Positions 48,570 through 58,410 of a stretch of 64,000 bases of DNA are shown here, piece by piece. The notes below the pieces were generated by a model. The model made no database searches. It was not told the DNA's origin and worked only from the letters and a program-made list of their open reading frames with translations. Source of the stretch: Minisyncoccota bacterium (GTDB lineage: Bacteria > Patescibacteriota > Minisyncoccia > Phycocordibacterales > JABAAK01); NCBI GenBank assembly GCA_965216295.1, contig OZ244141.1:429772-493771 (forward strand). The letters are read 5' to 3'. The translations under genes were made by a program, and so were the position numbers. How positions within the stretch are numbered: the stretch's first letter is position 1; every line of letters begins with the position of its first letter.

Positions 48570-49178
48570 CTAATCACAAGGTGAGGTGGAGTCAGCTTCA
48601 AATACTGAACCATGTATTGATTTGTCAAATGCTATATAGGCATCAAGTCTACTCTCACTATTGATTGTAGAGTACTCTATTTCTTCTGCATATTTTTCAT
48701 ATTGAAGGTTTGGTATTTTTTTTGCCAAACATATCTGCTTGTCTATTGCATCAACCGCCCTTTTATAGGCAGCTTCTCGATTGGAATTATCACTAATCAC
48801 AATCGTTTGAAGAGACTTTGCAAATTCAAAAGCTGCTTCTTTTTGTTCTTCGTTTAACTCACTGTATCCCTGTATTATAACTTCAATGTCATCCCTCACA
48901 CCATTATAATTAACATCAACCCCTATCAAGCTTTGGTCTGTTATCTTAGGTATATCTTTTTTCACACCATTATAATTAACATCAGCCTCTCTCAAGCTTT
49001 GGTCTGTTATCTTAGGTATATCTTTTTTCACATCATTATAATTAACATCAGCCTCTCTCAAGCTTTGGTCTGTTACCTTAGGTATATCTTTTTTCACACC
49101 AAATAGTGTCGTTAGCAAAATTGCAACAATAACAACAACAATAACAGCTACTATTATTTTCATACCGCCTATACTCAT
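48570..49178 (-). CDS. TM-anchored protein with 3 x 22-aa tandem repeats
   Basis: The repeats (V/I)KKDIPK(V/I)TDQSL(RE/IG)ADVNYN(D/G)V are encoded by 66-bp DNA repeats at 48899-49096. Confidence 0.45.
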   Translation of the reverse strand: MSIGGMKIIVAVIVVVIVAILLTTLFGVKKDIPKVTDQSLREADVNYNDVKKDIPKITDQSLREADVNYNGVKKDIPKITDQSLIGVDVNYNGVRDDIEVIIQGYSELNEEQKEAAFEFAKSLQTIVISDNSNREAAYKRAVDAIDKQICLAKKIPNLQYEKYAEEIEYSTINSESRLDAYIAFDKSIHGSVFEADSTSPCD

Positions 49179-49272
49179 ATTGTTTTCAGTATACTACACG
49201 CTTATTACCTAACAAAAAGCCAGAAGAGCATGTATTATAAATTGCACAGAGACATGGTATCCTTAACAACAC

Positions 49273-49686
49273 ATGATTGACATTACACCTGCACTTCAGA
49301 GTTTGCCATGGGTGGCAATTGTTATCAGTACACTTGCAGCAATTGTCGGTGGTGGATTGTGGTATGGACTTCTCTGCAAACACTACTTCCAGTTAAGTGA
49401 TGGCAAGGAAGAGATTGGAAAAGGAAACTGGGTTGGCATCATCATTCAATTACTTTCTTTTTTTGCACTCGCCCTCTTGGTCAGTGTCTTACTCCAACTG
49501 GGAAAACCACTATTCCTCCTTGGCGTAATTGGATTCGCACTCTTCATATTTCTGGCAAGCTTGTCAGGACGTATGTTTCATTTCGGCAATGACAACAGAC
49601 GAGCACTTGCTTTAACTAGCATTGTGCAAGGATATGAGGTGATTGCTATCTTCGTCATTGCGTGGGTCCAATATCTGTTCACGTAG
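49273..49686 (+). CDS. hypothetical membrane protein
   Basis: 137 aa, four hydrophobic helices. Confidence 0.4.
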   Translation: MIDITPALQSLPWVAIVISTLAAIVGGGLWYGLLCKHYFQLSDGKEEIGKGNWVGIIIQLLSFFALALLVSVLLQLGKPLFLLGVIGFALFIFLASLSGRMFHFGNDNRRALALTSIVQGYEVIAIFVIAWVQYLFT

Positions 49687-50722
49687 TGTCCTGCGAAGGT
49701 ATGAGAAGTGTCTCGAGAGGAAGTTGTTTAATATATGAATGCTGTATAGCAATTGATGCTTGTAAAAGATCTCGTAATGTTTTCGTTGAGAGTGCTTTGT
49801 GCTCGGCAAGTTTTTGAATAAATTTTTGATCATCTTCATCGTATTCCCCACTGACCACCTTGTAACCACCGCGAAAAAGTAGTGTGGCACGAACTTTTCT
49901 AATAGCAAGTTTTGTAAAGAGTGCCATTGATGTATGTGCTTCAACAGCGGTGGAAAGTGCTTTCACACCAACTGGCACGTCAGTATCCAGTAAGGCTTGG
50001 AGGTATTCATTGACGAGTTGATGTCGTGGTGCACCAATTATTTCTTCAACAAGCGATGTCTCTATTTTTTCCGTATCCGCAACGATGAGAACTTTCTGTA
50101 GTATTGATAGTGCATCACGGAAGGAACCTTCTGCGATAAGGGCAAGGAGTGAAACAGCTTGATCAGTAAGAGTACGCTTTTCTTTTTTTGCTGTAGCGAC
50201 GATAAATTGGCGTAACACACTGAGCGATGGTTGATGAAATGGGAGGTGCATACAACGCGAAACAACTGTTTCAGGTATTTTGTCCGCCTCAGTTGTTGCA
50301 AGTATGAAAACTGCATATGCAGGTGGCTCTTCTAGTGTCTTTAAAAATGCGTTGAATGCCGATTTTGAGAGCATGTGTGCCTCATCAAGTATGTATATTT
50401 TGTAGTCAGATTGCACAGGAAGAGAGTACACTGATGCATTTAACTCACGAATATGATCAACGCTTGTGTGTGATGCTGCATCTATTTCAAATATATCAAC
50501 ATCAGCACAATTGAGACTCTTAGCAAAAATACGGGCAACGCTGGTCTTCCCTGTACCTCGCGCACCAGTAAACATGTATGCATTGCTAATAGTTTTTCTC
50601 TTTATCGCCTTCTCAAGCACAGTAACCACTTGTGGTTGACCAATGACTTCTTTGAACTGCTTCGGTCTGTGTGTTTGGTATAGCGACCGATCCATAGGCA
50701 CAGTGTACCCTACAAGCATCAT
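49679..50722 (-). CDS. dnaX: DNA polymerase III subunit gamma/tau, short form (domains I-III)
   Basis: HRPKQFKEVIGQ, the P-loop GARGTGKTS, the DEAH-box ILDEAHML and sensor TTEADKIPETVVSRC. 347 aa. Start is probably the internal Met (MDRSLYQ). Confidence 0.85.
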   Translation of the reverse strand: MMLVGYTVPMDRSLYQTHRPKQFKEVIGQPQVVTVLEKAIKRKTISNAYMFTGARGTGKTSVARIFAKSLNCADVDIFEIDAASHTSVDHIRELNASVYSLPVQSDYKIYILDEAHMLSKSAFNAFLKTLEEPPAYAVFILATTEADKIPETVVSRCMHLPFHQPSLSVLRQFIVATAKKEKRTLTDQAVSLLALIAEGSFRDALSILQKVLIVADTEKIETSLVEEIIGAPRHQLVNEYLQALLDTDVPVGVKALSTAVEAHTSMALFTKLAIRKVRATLLFRGGYKVVSGEYDEDDQKFIQKLAEHKALSTKTLRDLLQASIAIQHSYIKQLPLETLLIPSQDTT

Positions 50723-50800
50723 TTAGAAAAACCCACCAATCTAAAAAAAAGAGATCCAACAGAACTGTTGAATCTCTTCGCAATAAATTATCACAATGTA

Positions 50801-51583
50801 CTATCTTTTTGTGACATTAGTATTTTTAGTAAATGCCCAATATTTCCATTTACCATCTTCGTATTCAACGCCAAGTCCTTCTGTGTAGTTGGACATGAAG
50901 TCAGCAAAAGAAAATGGTTGAAATCCGAGATGTTTGAGAAATTCTTCTGCAGCATCTCTTGGTAACGGAACATTGCGGTCTGCAAGAGGGATATTATTCA
51001 ATCTTGCAAACACTCGAAGTTGTCCTTTCACTTTCGACTCTGAGGAACTCGGTATGAGATTTACCAACCAATTAACTGATGCGCGCAAAAAACACTCATT
51101 TTTGCATCCTACGATTGGACTATCTCTCATTACAATGGGTAGAGATTCAGACCCATCGTAAACAACATCTTTCTTCAAAACCTCGTCAACAATGAATCCA
51201 TTAACAATATTTCCTCGTTTGACACTAATGTTCGCAACAATTCCTAAATCTTTTTCAGACGTTATCAATAATCCATCAGCCGTCACCACTGATTGATTTA
51301 ACATAACCTCACGGTCAAAAATATCAACAACTTCAATGTCAGTGCTTTTGGTGTCGGTTACAGGAATACCTGTGGTAGACGCTTCTACAGATGTATTAAT
51401 AGCGATAAATAGAAAAAGAAATGACTGAATAAATGTGTTTAGTTTCATGTATGAAACCTCCTTTGTTATAAAACACGGCATTCGCTCTTGTGAAGATAAA
51501 AATCTCACAACAGCAAAATCTATAGATGATGTGGAAAAACGATAAGTAGCCGTAAAAACTACTAATACCAATACCCACCTCAC
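50801..51583 (-). CDS. hypothetical secreted protein
   Basis: N-terminal signal/TM segment. No known motifs. Confidence 0.4.
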   Translation of the reverse strand: MRWVLVLVVFTATYRFSTSSIDFAVVRFLSSQERMPCFITKEVSYMKLNTFIQSFLFLFIAINTSVEASTTGIPVTDTKSTDIEVVDIFDREVMLNQSVVTADGLLITSEKDLGIVANISVKRGNIVNGFIVDEVLKKDVVYDGSESLPIVMRDSPIVGCKNECFLRASVNWLVNLIPSSSESKVKGQLRVFARLNNIPLADRNVPLPRDAAEEFLKHLGFQPFSFADFMSNYTEGLGVEYEDGKWKYWAFTKNTNVTKR

Positions 51584-51619
51584 ACTCTAATACAATTTTA
51601 GAGTATATTTAAACTTTTG

Positions 51620-52621
51620 TCAATTATCGCCCAGGTCTGTGTGATTGCCATTAAGAAACTCTCGTAGGTACTGTTGCATCTCAGAGATACTCTTTGTTTT
51701 CATAAGAGCAATGCGCAATTCCTTGGCACCATCAAAATCAGACACATACCCTTTCACAAAATACCTTTTGATATTGAAAAATGGCTTCCCATCACCACCA
51801 AACTGATGACACAACGCGAGATGTGTGATACATGCTTGCAAACGATCAGACACAGATAGACGATTATGCCGAACAGTTTTATTGAAAAACCAAGGATTAC
51901 CGAAAAGAGAACGACCAACCAACACCCCATCACAACCTGTTTCCTGTATCTTTTGTTCCGCTTCAGAACGAGAACCAATATCTCCATTACCGAGTATGCG
52001 TGTTTTTGGTGCATACTTTTCTCGCAGTGCAACAATGCGTGACATAGTATCCCACCGTGCTGGTGTCGCAGACATATCCTTTCTCGTACGCAGATGGACA
52101 GACAGTGCATCTATTCCAGTACATAGGAGTGTTGGAATCCATGTATCAATTTCATCGGTATTGTAACCAATACGAGTTTTAACTGATATGGGAAGTGGTG
52201 TAGCGTCGTGTGTCTCTTGAGCGGCCTTTTGTGCAGCCTCAATCAACTGCACAGCGCGATCGGGTGTTCGTATCAATGCTGCACCAGCCCCCTGTTTTTC
52301 AATAGTTTTTTCTGGACATCCCATATTGATATCAACACCATCAAACCCTAACGACTTCGCAAGGCGAACAGCGTTCATCAAATTTTCTGTATTATCAGTA
52401 AAAAATTGTGCAACAATCGGACGTTGTTGTTCTGTGAAAGCAAGATCACGCTGGAGCACTTCTCTTCCTGGTGACGAGAGCCCGTCTGCTGAGACAAATT
52501 CTGTCCAGAAAATATCGGGAGATCCGTACTGCACAAAGAGTTCGCGGAACGCGATATCAGTCACACTTGCCATTGGTGCCATACCGACAATGGGTTTCGA
52601 TATCTTCTGCCAAAAGTGCAT
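51620..52621 (-). CDS. dus: tRNA-dihydrouridine synthase
   Basis: IVGMAPMASVTDIAFR and the TIM-barrel Dus blocks, including a catalytic Cys region (INMGCP). Start set at an internal Met; the track ORF extends to 52669. Confidence 0.85.
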   Translation of the reverse strand: MHFWQKISKPIVGMAPMASVTDIAFRELFVQYGSPDIFWTEFVSADGLSSPGREVLQRDLAFTEQQRPIVAQFFTDNTENLMNAVRLAKSLGFDGVDINMGCPEKTIEKQGAGAALIRTPDRAVQLIEAAQKAAQETHDATPLPISVKTRIGYNTDEIDTWIPTLLCTGIDALSVHLRTRKDMSATPARWDTMSRIVALREKYAPKTRILGNGDIGSRSEAEQKIQETGCDGVLVGRSLFGNPWFFNKTVRHNRLSVSDRLQACITHLALCHQFGGDGKPFFNIKRYFVKGYVSDFDGAKELRIALMKTKSISEMQQYLREFLNGNHTDLGDN

Positions 52622-52622
52622 A

Positions 52623-53414
52623 CTACTCTTTTTCAATATAGTGTATGGTGTCTGGCTGACGAACATCAAGATACTGTAAACGCTCTAACGTCTCTTTAGT
52701 AAAAATTTCAAATAGTGCAACATACAAAGATCGCGTTGTTTCATAAATGGTTTTGTTGGTACTGAAACGAATTTCTAATCCAGTAGTAGTTTCTAGAACA
52801 ACCTGATCGCCCTCTGAAACAGCTATACGATTGATATAGACTCCCTGCTCCTCAAGAAACTGAGTGACAGCAACAATGATTTCAAACACTTTTGGAAGTA
52901 CTGGTTGTAAGACGGTAACATCAAAGTCTGTTTCAAGCATACGAAGTTGATTGACAGAGGAAGTTGAAAACGGTACCCCCATGACATCAATCACGAGACA
53001 GTCATCTGGCTTGTAACAGTACGAGGCAAACGGTTCTCGTTCATGAGCGAGGATATGCCAGTTATGTAACAGTTCACTGGTGATGGTAATGTGAGCAATC
53101 TGTGGTACCTCTGCCAAAATGTAATCAACAATTGCATCGGTTCTGAAGAGATAGTACGTCCTACCACCAACAAGACCAAGCCATTGTGTGTTAAACTTTT
53201 CGTGAATCAGTGTTTCAATTTTCTGAACAACTGCACGATTGTCAGTATCTACCGTCACAGTGACATGACGAACAGAAAAAAGTGGTGTATGGATAAGAAA
53301 CCACAACACAACAATAGTAACAACGACAATACCTCCTTTGATAAAAATGAAAGAGAGTAGACGTCGCGTCCTTTTTTTACGTGACCACCGTTTCAATCTT
53401 TTGAATATCGCCAT
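52623..53414 (-). CDS. ftsQ: cell-division protein FtsQ/DivIB-like
   Basis: Basic N-terminus, one TM helix and an extracytoplasmic POTRA-like region (VRHVTVTV...). Start set at the internal Met MAIFKRL. Confidence 0.5.
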   Translation of the reverse strand: MAIFKRLKRWSRKKRTRRLLSFIFIKGGIVVVTIVVLWFLIHTPLFSVRHVTVTVDTDNRAVVQKIETLIHEKFNTQWLGLVGGRTYYLFRTDAIVDYILAEVPQIAHITITSELLHNWHILAHEREPFASYCYKPDDCLVIDVMGVPFSTSSVNQLRMLETDFDVTVLQPVLPKVFEIIVAVTQFLEEQGVYINRIAVSEGDQVVLETTTGLEIRFSTNKTIYETTRSLYVALFEIFTKETLERLQYLDVRQPDTIHYIEKE

Positions 53415-53421
53415 AGTGCTT

Positions 53422-54705
53422 TTACCGTATACACCGTACCTTTGTATATTGCTGGAGCACCTCCGGAACGGTGACAGTACCATCTTCTTGTTGGTAATTC
53501 TCCATAAGAGCAATCAGCAACCGCCCCATTGCAAAAACAGTAGCGTCATTCATGTGGACATAATCAAGTTGTCCCTTTCCCCCAGAAGGCCTCATCCGTA
53601 TACCAAGTCTCCTCGACTGGTATGCTCCTGTTAAATCCGCAGAGTGTGTTTCGCGATAGGTATTTTGTCCTGGCATCCACATCTCAATATCAATCTGTCG
53701 TGCATCAGGATCTCCCATGTCACCAGTACAGATAGCAACCACTCTGTACGGCATTGCAAGTTGTTGGATGAGATATTCTTGTATGGCAACGAGGAAATCT
53801 TGTTCATTTCGTGAATCTTCTGGTGCAGTGAACGATTCAAATTCCATTTTATCAAACTGGTGTTGCCGAAGGATACCTTTTGTGTCTTTACCATATGAAC
53901 CAGCCTCACGACGAAACGCAGTGCTGTATCCAATGTAACGAAGTGGAAGATCATCTTGATCAAGAATCTCATCTGCATGCATTGCCCCGAGTGCGTGTTC
54001 TGCACTTCCTGCGAGAAATAGTTCATCTTGCTCAAGAAAGAATTTATCTTCTCGTGGATCTAATCGTGCCATACCAAACAACATGTCTGGCTTTACCATA
54101 ACTGGTGGTAACACAGGAATAAATGGTTTTGTCGATACCGAGAGATTTGCTCCCTTGGCGATGGAATTAAGTTTTTGTGTGTCAGTAACTACATCAAGAA
54201 CAAACTGTATGATTGCAAATTGTAGTTTCACAATGTCTCCCTTGAGAAAAGTAAAACGTGAACCAGCAACTTTCACTCCCCGCTCACTATCAATACTACC
54301 GAGTGCACGTCCAATATCCCAATGCGATTTTGGGGTAAACGAAAACGCTGGCTTGTCCCCACACTCTCTCAAAACAACGTTGTCTGACTCATCTTTGCCA
54401 ATCGGAACATCTGCCAGTGGTACGTTTGGGATAGTGACCAAGAGTTGCATGAGTTCTTGTGTCGTGACTCTGAGTTTCTCCTCAGTGACACGTAATTGTT
54501 CTTTGACCTGAGTACCTTTCGTGTTATCACGCTCTTTTGCGGCAAGGTTTTTCTGGCGATTGAGATCATCAACCTCCTGTACAAGTGCAATGCGCTTCTT
54601 GTATACTGTTTCCAATTGAGCAAAGTCAGGTGGTGGTACCTGACGGTTGCGCATTGCTGTTTCAATAATATCCTTATTTTTCAGTATTGATTGGATATCA
54701 AGCAT
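53422..54705 (-). CDS. serS: seryl-tRNA synthetase
   Basis: N-terminal coiled coil. Class II motif 2 FRREAGSYGKDTKGILRQHQFDKME and motif 3 region. Start at MLDIQSILKN. Confidence 0.9.
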   Translation of the reverse strand: MLDIQSILKNKDIIETAMRNRQVPPPDFAQLETVYKKRIALVQEVDDLNRQKNLAAKERDNTKGTQVKEQLRVTEEKLRVTTQELMQLLVTIPNVPLADVPIGKDESDNVVLRECGDKPAFSFTPKSHWDIGRALGSIDSERGVKVAGSRFTFLKGDIVKLQFAIIQFVLDVVTDTQKLNSIAKGANLSVSTKPFIPVLPPVMVKPDMLFGMARLDPREDKFFLEQDELFLAGSAEHALGAMHADEILDQDDLPLRYIGYSTAFRREAGSYGKDTKGILRQHQFDKMEFESFTAPEDSRNEQDFLVAIQEYLIQQLAMPYRVVAICTGDMGDPDARQIDIEMWMPGQNTYRETHSADLTGAYQSRRLGIRMRPSGGKGQLDYVHMNDATVFAMGRLLIALMENYQQEDGTVTVPEVLQQYTKVRCIR

Positions 54706-54774
54706 AGATAATCCTACTATACCACACGTGTATGTAACTACTTTGTAGAACAATCTATATACCACCTACTTCAT

Positions 54775-55521
54775 ATGACTACTAACCAAGAACAACATCC
54801 AATACGACAATTACAACAACGTGAGTGGCCACCGTTACTACGAGCTGACGCTGGTGTGGTTGATGCACCAAAACTATTGTACTGTCGTGGCACTACTCCA
54901 AACTGGAAAAGAAAACTGATTACGATTGTTGGGTCACGAAAGCATAGTGACTACGGTAAACGAGTATGTGAAAAAATAATTGCTGACCTCGCGCAATACC
55001 CGGTTACCATCGTCTCTGGATTAGCACTCGGCATTGATGCCATCGCACACCGCAGTGCATTACAAAACAACATACCAACAATTGGCGTTGTTGGCTCTGG
55101 ACTTGATACTCCCTCACTCTACCCAAAAACAAATACTCCGTTGGCACAAGAAATGCTTGAAACGGGTAACGCACTACTCTCAGAGTACGCAGCTGGCATG
55201 ACGGTAAAACCGTACACTTTTCCCAGAAGAAACAGAATCATGGCTGGTATGAGTGTTATAACGGTTGTTATTGAATGTACGTCTCAATCTGGAACACGCA
55301 TTACCGCACGACTTGCTTTAGAGTACGGGAGAGAGGTGTGTGCAGTACCGCATGATATTTTTTCTCGTGTTGGTTGTGGTACTAATATACTTCTCGGTGA
55401 AGGAGCACACGTTGTACAAAGTGGTCACGACATCGCTGAACTTATTGGTTTTGATAATGAGGAATCCGTTTCGTATGGAAAAAATGCATACAACAACAAG
55501 ACTACATACGACCGTAGATAA
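54775..55521 (+). CDS. dprA: DNA-processing protein DprA (Smf)
   Basis: ITIVGSRKHSDYGKRVCEKIIADLAQYPVTIVSGLALGIDAIAHRSAL, the Rossmann-like DprA core. Confidence 0.85.
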   Translation: MTTNQEQHPIRQLQQREWPPLLRADAGVVDAPKLLYCRGTTPNWKRKLITIVGSRKHSDYGKRVCEKIIADLAQYPVTIVSGLALGIDAIAHRSALQNNIPTIGVVGSGLDTPSLYPKTNTPLAQEMLETGNALLSEYAAGMTVKPYTFPRRNRIMAGMSVITVVIECTSQSGTRITARLALEYGREVCAVPHDIFSRVGCGTNILLGEGAHVVQSGHDIAELIGFDNEESVSYGKNAYNNKTTYDRR

Positions 55522-56044
55522 ATAGAGTAAGTGGTCGAAAGTACTCCTGACCGTCTTGCCAAGAAAGGCGGTAATACCCTTCTTCCTTTTCTGGATCATG
55601 AAGATACCACGCAGAAGGTGTCTGAGAAGAACCACTCTCATAACCAACAAGAACCAAGAGGTGTGTTCCTTGACGTGGTGGTCTATGTCGCACAGAGATA
55701 ATCACAGGAACACCAGTTGCTATCATTGTAGTCACCTTCTCTACCATTTCATCGCTCACCGAAGTAAAATCTTCTGCATAGCCAAAACAATTATGCGCAT
55801 GTGCAAGTGCCACCAACTGTTGGTGACGCCAGCCAACATTCTCTCTATACCCTTCTCTCTGCAATCCCTCTTCAATGAGTGCATCGGGTGTTGGTGTGTT
55901 TGTTTTTTGCCAGTACTGTATAACCATAGCAAGGGCGGTGATACCACAGGCACGAGACTGCCATTTTGAATTAGTCACATCACGGTACTGACAGAGATGT
56001 GGAACCCCTTGTATGATGTGCTGTTTTGCTATCTGACCTCCCAT
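55502..56044 (-). CDS. papain-fold cysteine peptidase, C39-like domain protein
   Basis: SNSKWQSRACGITALAMVIQYW carries the candidate catalytic Cys. A downstream His lies in HLLVLVGYE. The start overlaps the pheT stop by 16 nt. Confidence 0.45.
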   Translation of the reverse strand: MGGQIAKQHIIQGVPHLCQYRDVTNSKWQSRACGITALAMVIQYWQKTNTPTPDALIEEGLQREGYRENVGWRHQQLVALAHAHNCFGYAEDFTSVSDEMVEKVTTMIATGVPVIISVRHRPPRQGTHLLVLVGYESGSSQTPSAWYLHDPEKEEGYYRLSWQDGQEYFRPLTLFIYGRM

Positions 56045-58410
56045 GATTCTTTCTGTAACGCCTGAGTGACATGATCCATGACAACTGTCACCTCATCATC
56101 GGTTAATGTTTTATCATCTGATTGAAAAACGAGACGAAAGGCAAATGAAACTTTATCATCACGAGAGAAAACATCAAACAAGTTCCTTTGACGAAGGAGT
56201 GCTCCAGCGTTTTCATCAATACAACGACCAATGTCAGAAGCAGTTATGGTAGATGGCACAAACACCGATATATCACGCAAGACGAAAGGATATCGTGATG
56301 GTGCCCTGTACTGCACCCCTGCCACTGAAGGAAATGAGGTGTATGTTTCTTGAAGAGGTTTGTCAGCAATGCAGGGTGACAGAGCAACTTCCCACACACC
56401 ATCATTGAAACTACCTGGTAGTGTCACATCAAGAGTACTAAGTGCTACTCGTACCTCTTCTGCAATCTTCTCACTAACTACCTTTGGTCTTCCTGGGACA
56501 GATGCAATACCAAGTGCCAAGTGCACCTCCTCACCATCTTTTGAAAATACCGTGCCGAACTCAAAGAGACGCACCGCTTCACCACCGAGAAGTTCACCAT
56601 GTTGTGCGTTTCTATTCAGCGCCTCACGCAACCCATCAGCAAGAGTGCTACGCAAACACGCCTTATCCGCAGCGAGTGGGTAGGAAACACAGACATCAGA
56701 TTTTTTTTGAAATGTGTAGGTGACTACTTCAGAAAAACCAATAGCATTGAGTGCTTCAGTGATACGCCATTGGTGTGCAAGTTGCTGATGGATTGCCACT
56801 TTAGTGCGTGATTTTGGTTTTCGTGTCGGTACCGCATCGTAACCACTGATACGACCGACTTCTTCTACCAAATCAATCTTTCTGGCAATATCAATGCGTT
56901 CTACAGGAACCCGTACCACAATCCTATCCTCAGTATCGTGCCAAATTCGTCTGTACCCAACACAGGCTTCATGTTTTTGTAATCTTTGGAGTACTGCCTT
57001 CAGTGACTCTTCAACAACCATATTCTCTCCTGAAGAACCAACTGCGTGGATGATGGTCCCTGTGTCAGTCACGATGCCACAATGATTAATTCCACCCGGT
57101 ACTGTGCCAGGTGTGACAGGTGTCGCCGCTTCAAAAACACTTTCGGTGTATACCTTTGCACCAGAATCTAAAACAAAAAATACAAGATCACCACCCTCGA
57201 TATCTTCTTTCGCAACCTCTTCACCAGTTATATATTGATTTATAGAAATACGGGGTATGGTCTTCCCAGCGTGTGCTGCACAGTATGCGACAAAACCAGA
57301 ACAGTCAAAACACTCTGGTGCATCGCGAAGTATGGAAGCACCATAGCGATATGGTGTACCAATCTGTGTTCGCGCAACGTCAATCATTTCATCTTGTGGC
57401 GTAATAATAACACTGTGCTCTATTCCTAAACGAGAAAACACTGCAGTGACCTGTTGTTTTGTAAAATCCGTGCCAAGCACTGTGTTCACATCACTGGTTG
57501 CAATACCAAGTACCATCTGAGAACGTAATTTTTCTGCTCGATGTTCGTACGTCACCATACTCTTCCCTTCTGGAGCAATCATATCTGTCAAAAGAGTGAG
57601 TGCGTGGCGGAGCGTGTAATCAATCAATTCTGAGGGGTAGCCTTGTGAAAACCGAAGCGCTGCGTCAGTTACCAAATCTGTTCTTCGCATGGTGAGGCGG
57701 ATACGTTCGTGATTGAACGTTGCAGCCTCCAAAAGGATATTCTTTGTGTTCTCATCTACCATTGCAACCTTGCCACCCTTAATACCTCCTAAGGCAAGGA
57801 TGGTGTCATTGGCGGTATCGACGATAACAATATCACCCGCTTGGAGAGAAACTTTCTGTTCATCAATAGTGATGAACTGCTCACCATCTCGTGCTTCCCG
57901 CACCGCAAGACCTCCCTGTATTTTATCAGCATCAAAGACATGCATTGGATGGCCAATTTCAAAAAGAAGGTAATTAACAATATCAACTATGGGATGCACA
58001 CACCGTTTCCCAATCGCTTCAAGTCGACTGCGCATCCAAGGAGGTGTTGTGTCATATGTACAGTGCAATAGATGTGTGACGGTATATCTGGGACACAGAG
58101 ATGTTTTCACAACAATTCGTTTTACATCTTTTTGATATGGAATTGTGTTCTTTTGAGTAAAATGAGTTACCCGTAATGGCGCTGTACAAACAGCACTAAT
58201 CTCTTTTGCAACACCATAGTGAGAGAGGCAATCAACTGCCCTGTTTGGTAACACATCAAGTGTAAAAATAGTGTCAGATTTATCATCTGTTTGGTCTATG
58301 GATTCAACTTCAAGCGAGTGACGCAACAATTTCTCCCCCACCTCCTCTGGTGACGGCAATACATCTTCAAAAAAAGATTGCAACCATTCGTAGCTATACT
58401 TTCCTTTCAT
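56029..58410 (-). CDS. pheT: phenylalanyl-tRNA synthetase beta subunit with inserted NlpC/P60 domain
   Basis: B1, B3/4, B5, B6/7 and C-terminal FDX-ACB blocks are recognisable. Between RLGIEHSV and EDRIVVRVPVERIDI sits a ~160-aa insert with NlpC/P60 motifs (GTPYRYGA...FDCSGFV...HCGIV...IIHAV). Confidence 0.9.
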   Translation of the reverse strand: MKGKYSYEWLQSFFEDVLPSPEEVGEKLLRHSLEVESIDQTDDKSDTIFTLDVLPNRAVDCLSHYGVAKEISAVCTAPLRVTHFTQKNTIPYQKDVKRIVVKTSLCPRYTVTHLLHCTYDTTPPWMRSRLEAIGKRCVHPIVDIVNYLLFEIGHPMHVFDADKIQGGLAVREARDGEQFITIDEQKVSLQAGDIVIVDTANDTILALGGIKGGKVAMVDENTKNILLEAATFNHERIRLTMRRTDLVTDAALRFSQGYPSELIDYTLRHALTLLTDMIAPEGKSMVTYEHRAEKLRSQMVLGIATSDVNTVLGTDFTKQQVTAVFSRLGIEHSVIITPQDEMIDVARTQIGTPYRYGASILRDAPECFDCSGFVAYCAAHAGKTIPRISINQYITGEEVAKEDIEGGDLVFFVLDSGAKVYTESVFEAATPVTPGTVPGGINHCGIVTDTGTIIHAVGSSGENMVVEESLKAVLQRLQKHEACVGYRRIWHDTEDRIVVRVPVERIDIARKIDLVEEVGRISGYDAVPTRKPKSRTKVAIHQQLAHQWRITEALNAIGFSEVVTYTFQKKSDVCVSYPLAADKACLRSTLADGLREALNRNAQHGELLGGEAVRLFEFGTVFSKDGEEVHLALGIASVPGRPKVVSEKIAEEVRVALSTLDVTLPGSFNDGVWEVALSPCIADKPLQETYTSFPSVAGVQYRAPSRYPFVLRDISVFVPSTITASDIGRCIDENAGALLRQRNLFDVFSRDDKVSFAFRLVFQSDDKTLTDDEVTVVMDHVTQALQKESWEVR

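Noticed and set aside
56932-57411. Intein in pheT
   Set aside because: The insert lacks the N-terminal Cys/Ser and C-terminal His-Asn plus nucleophile of inteins. It carries NlpC/P60 catalytic motifs instead.
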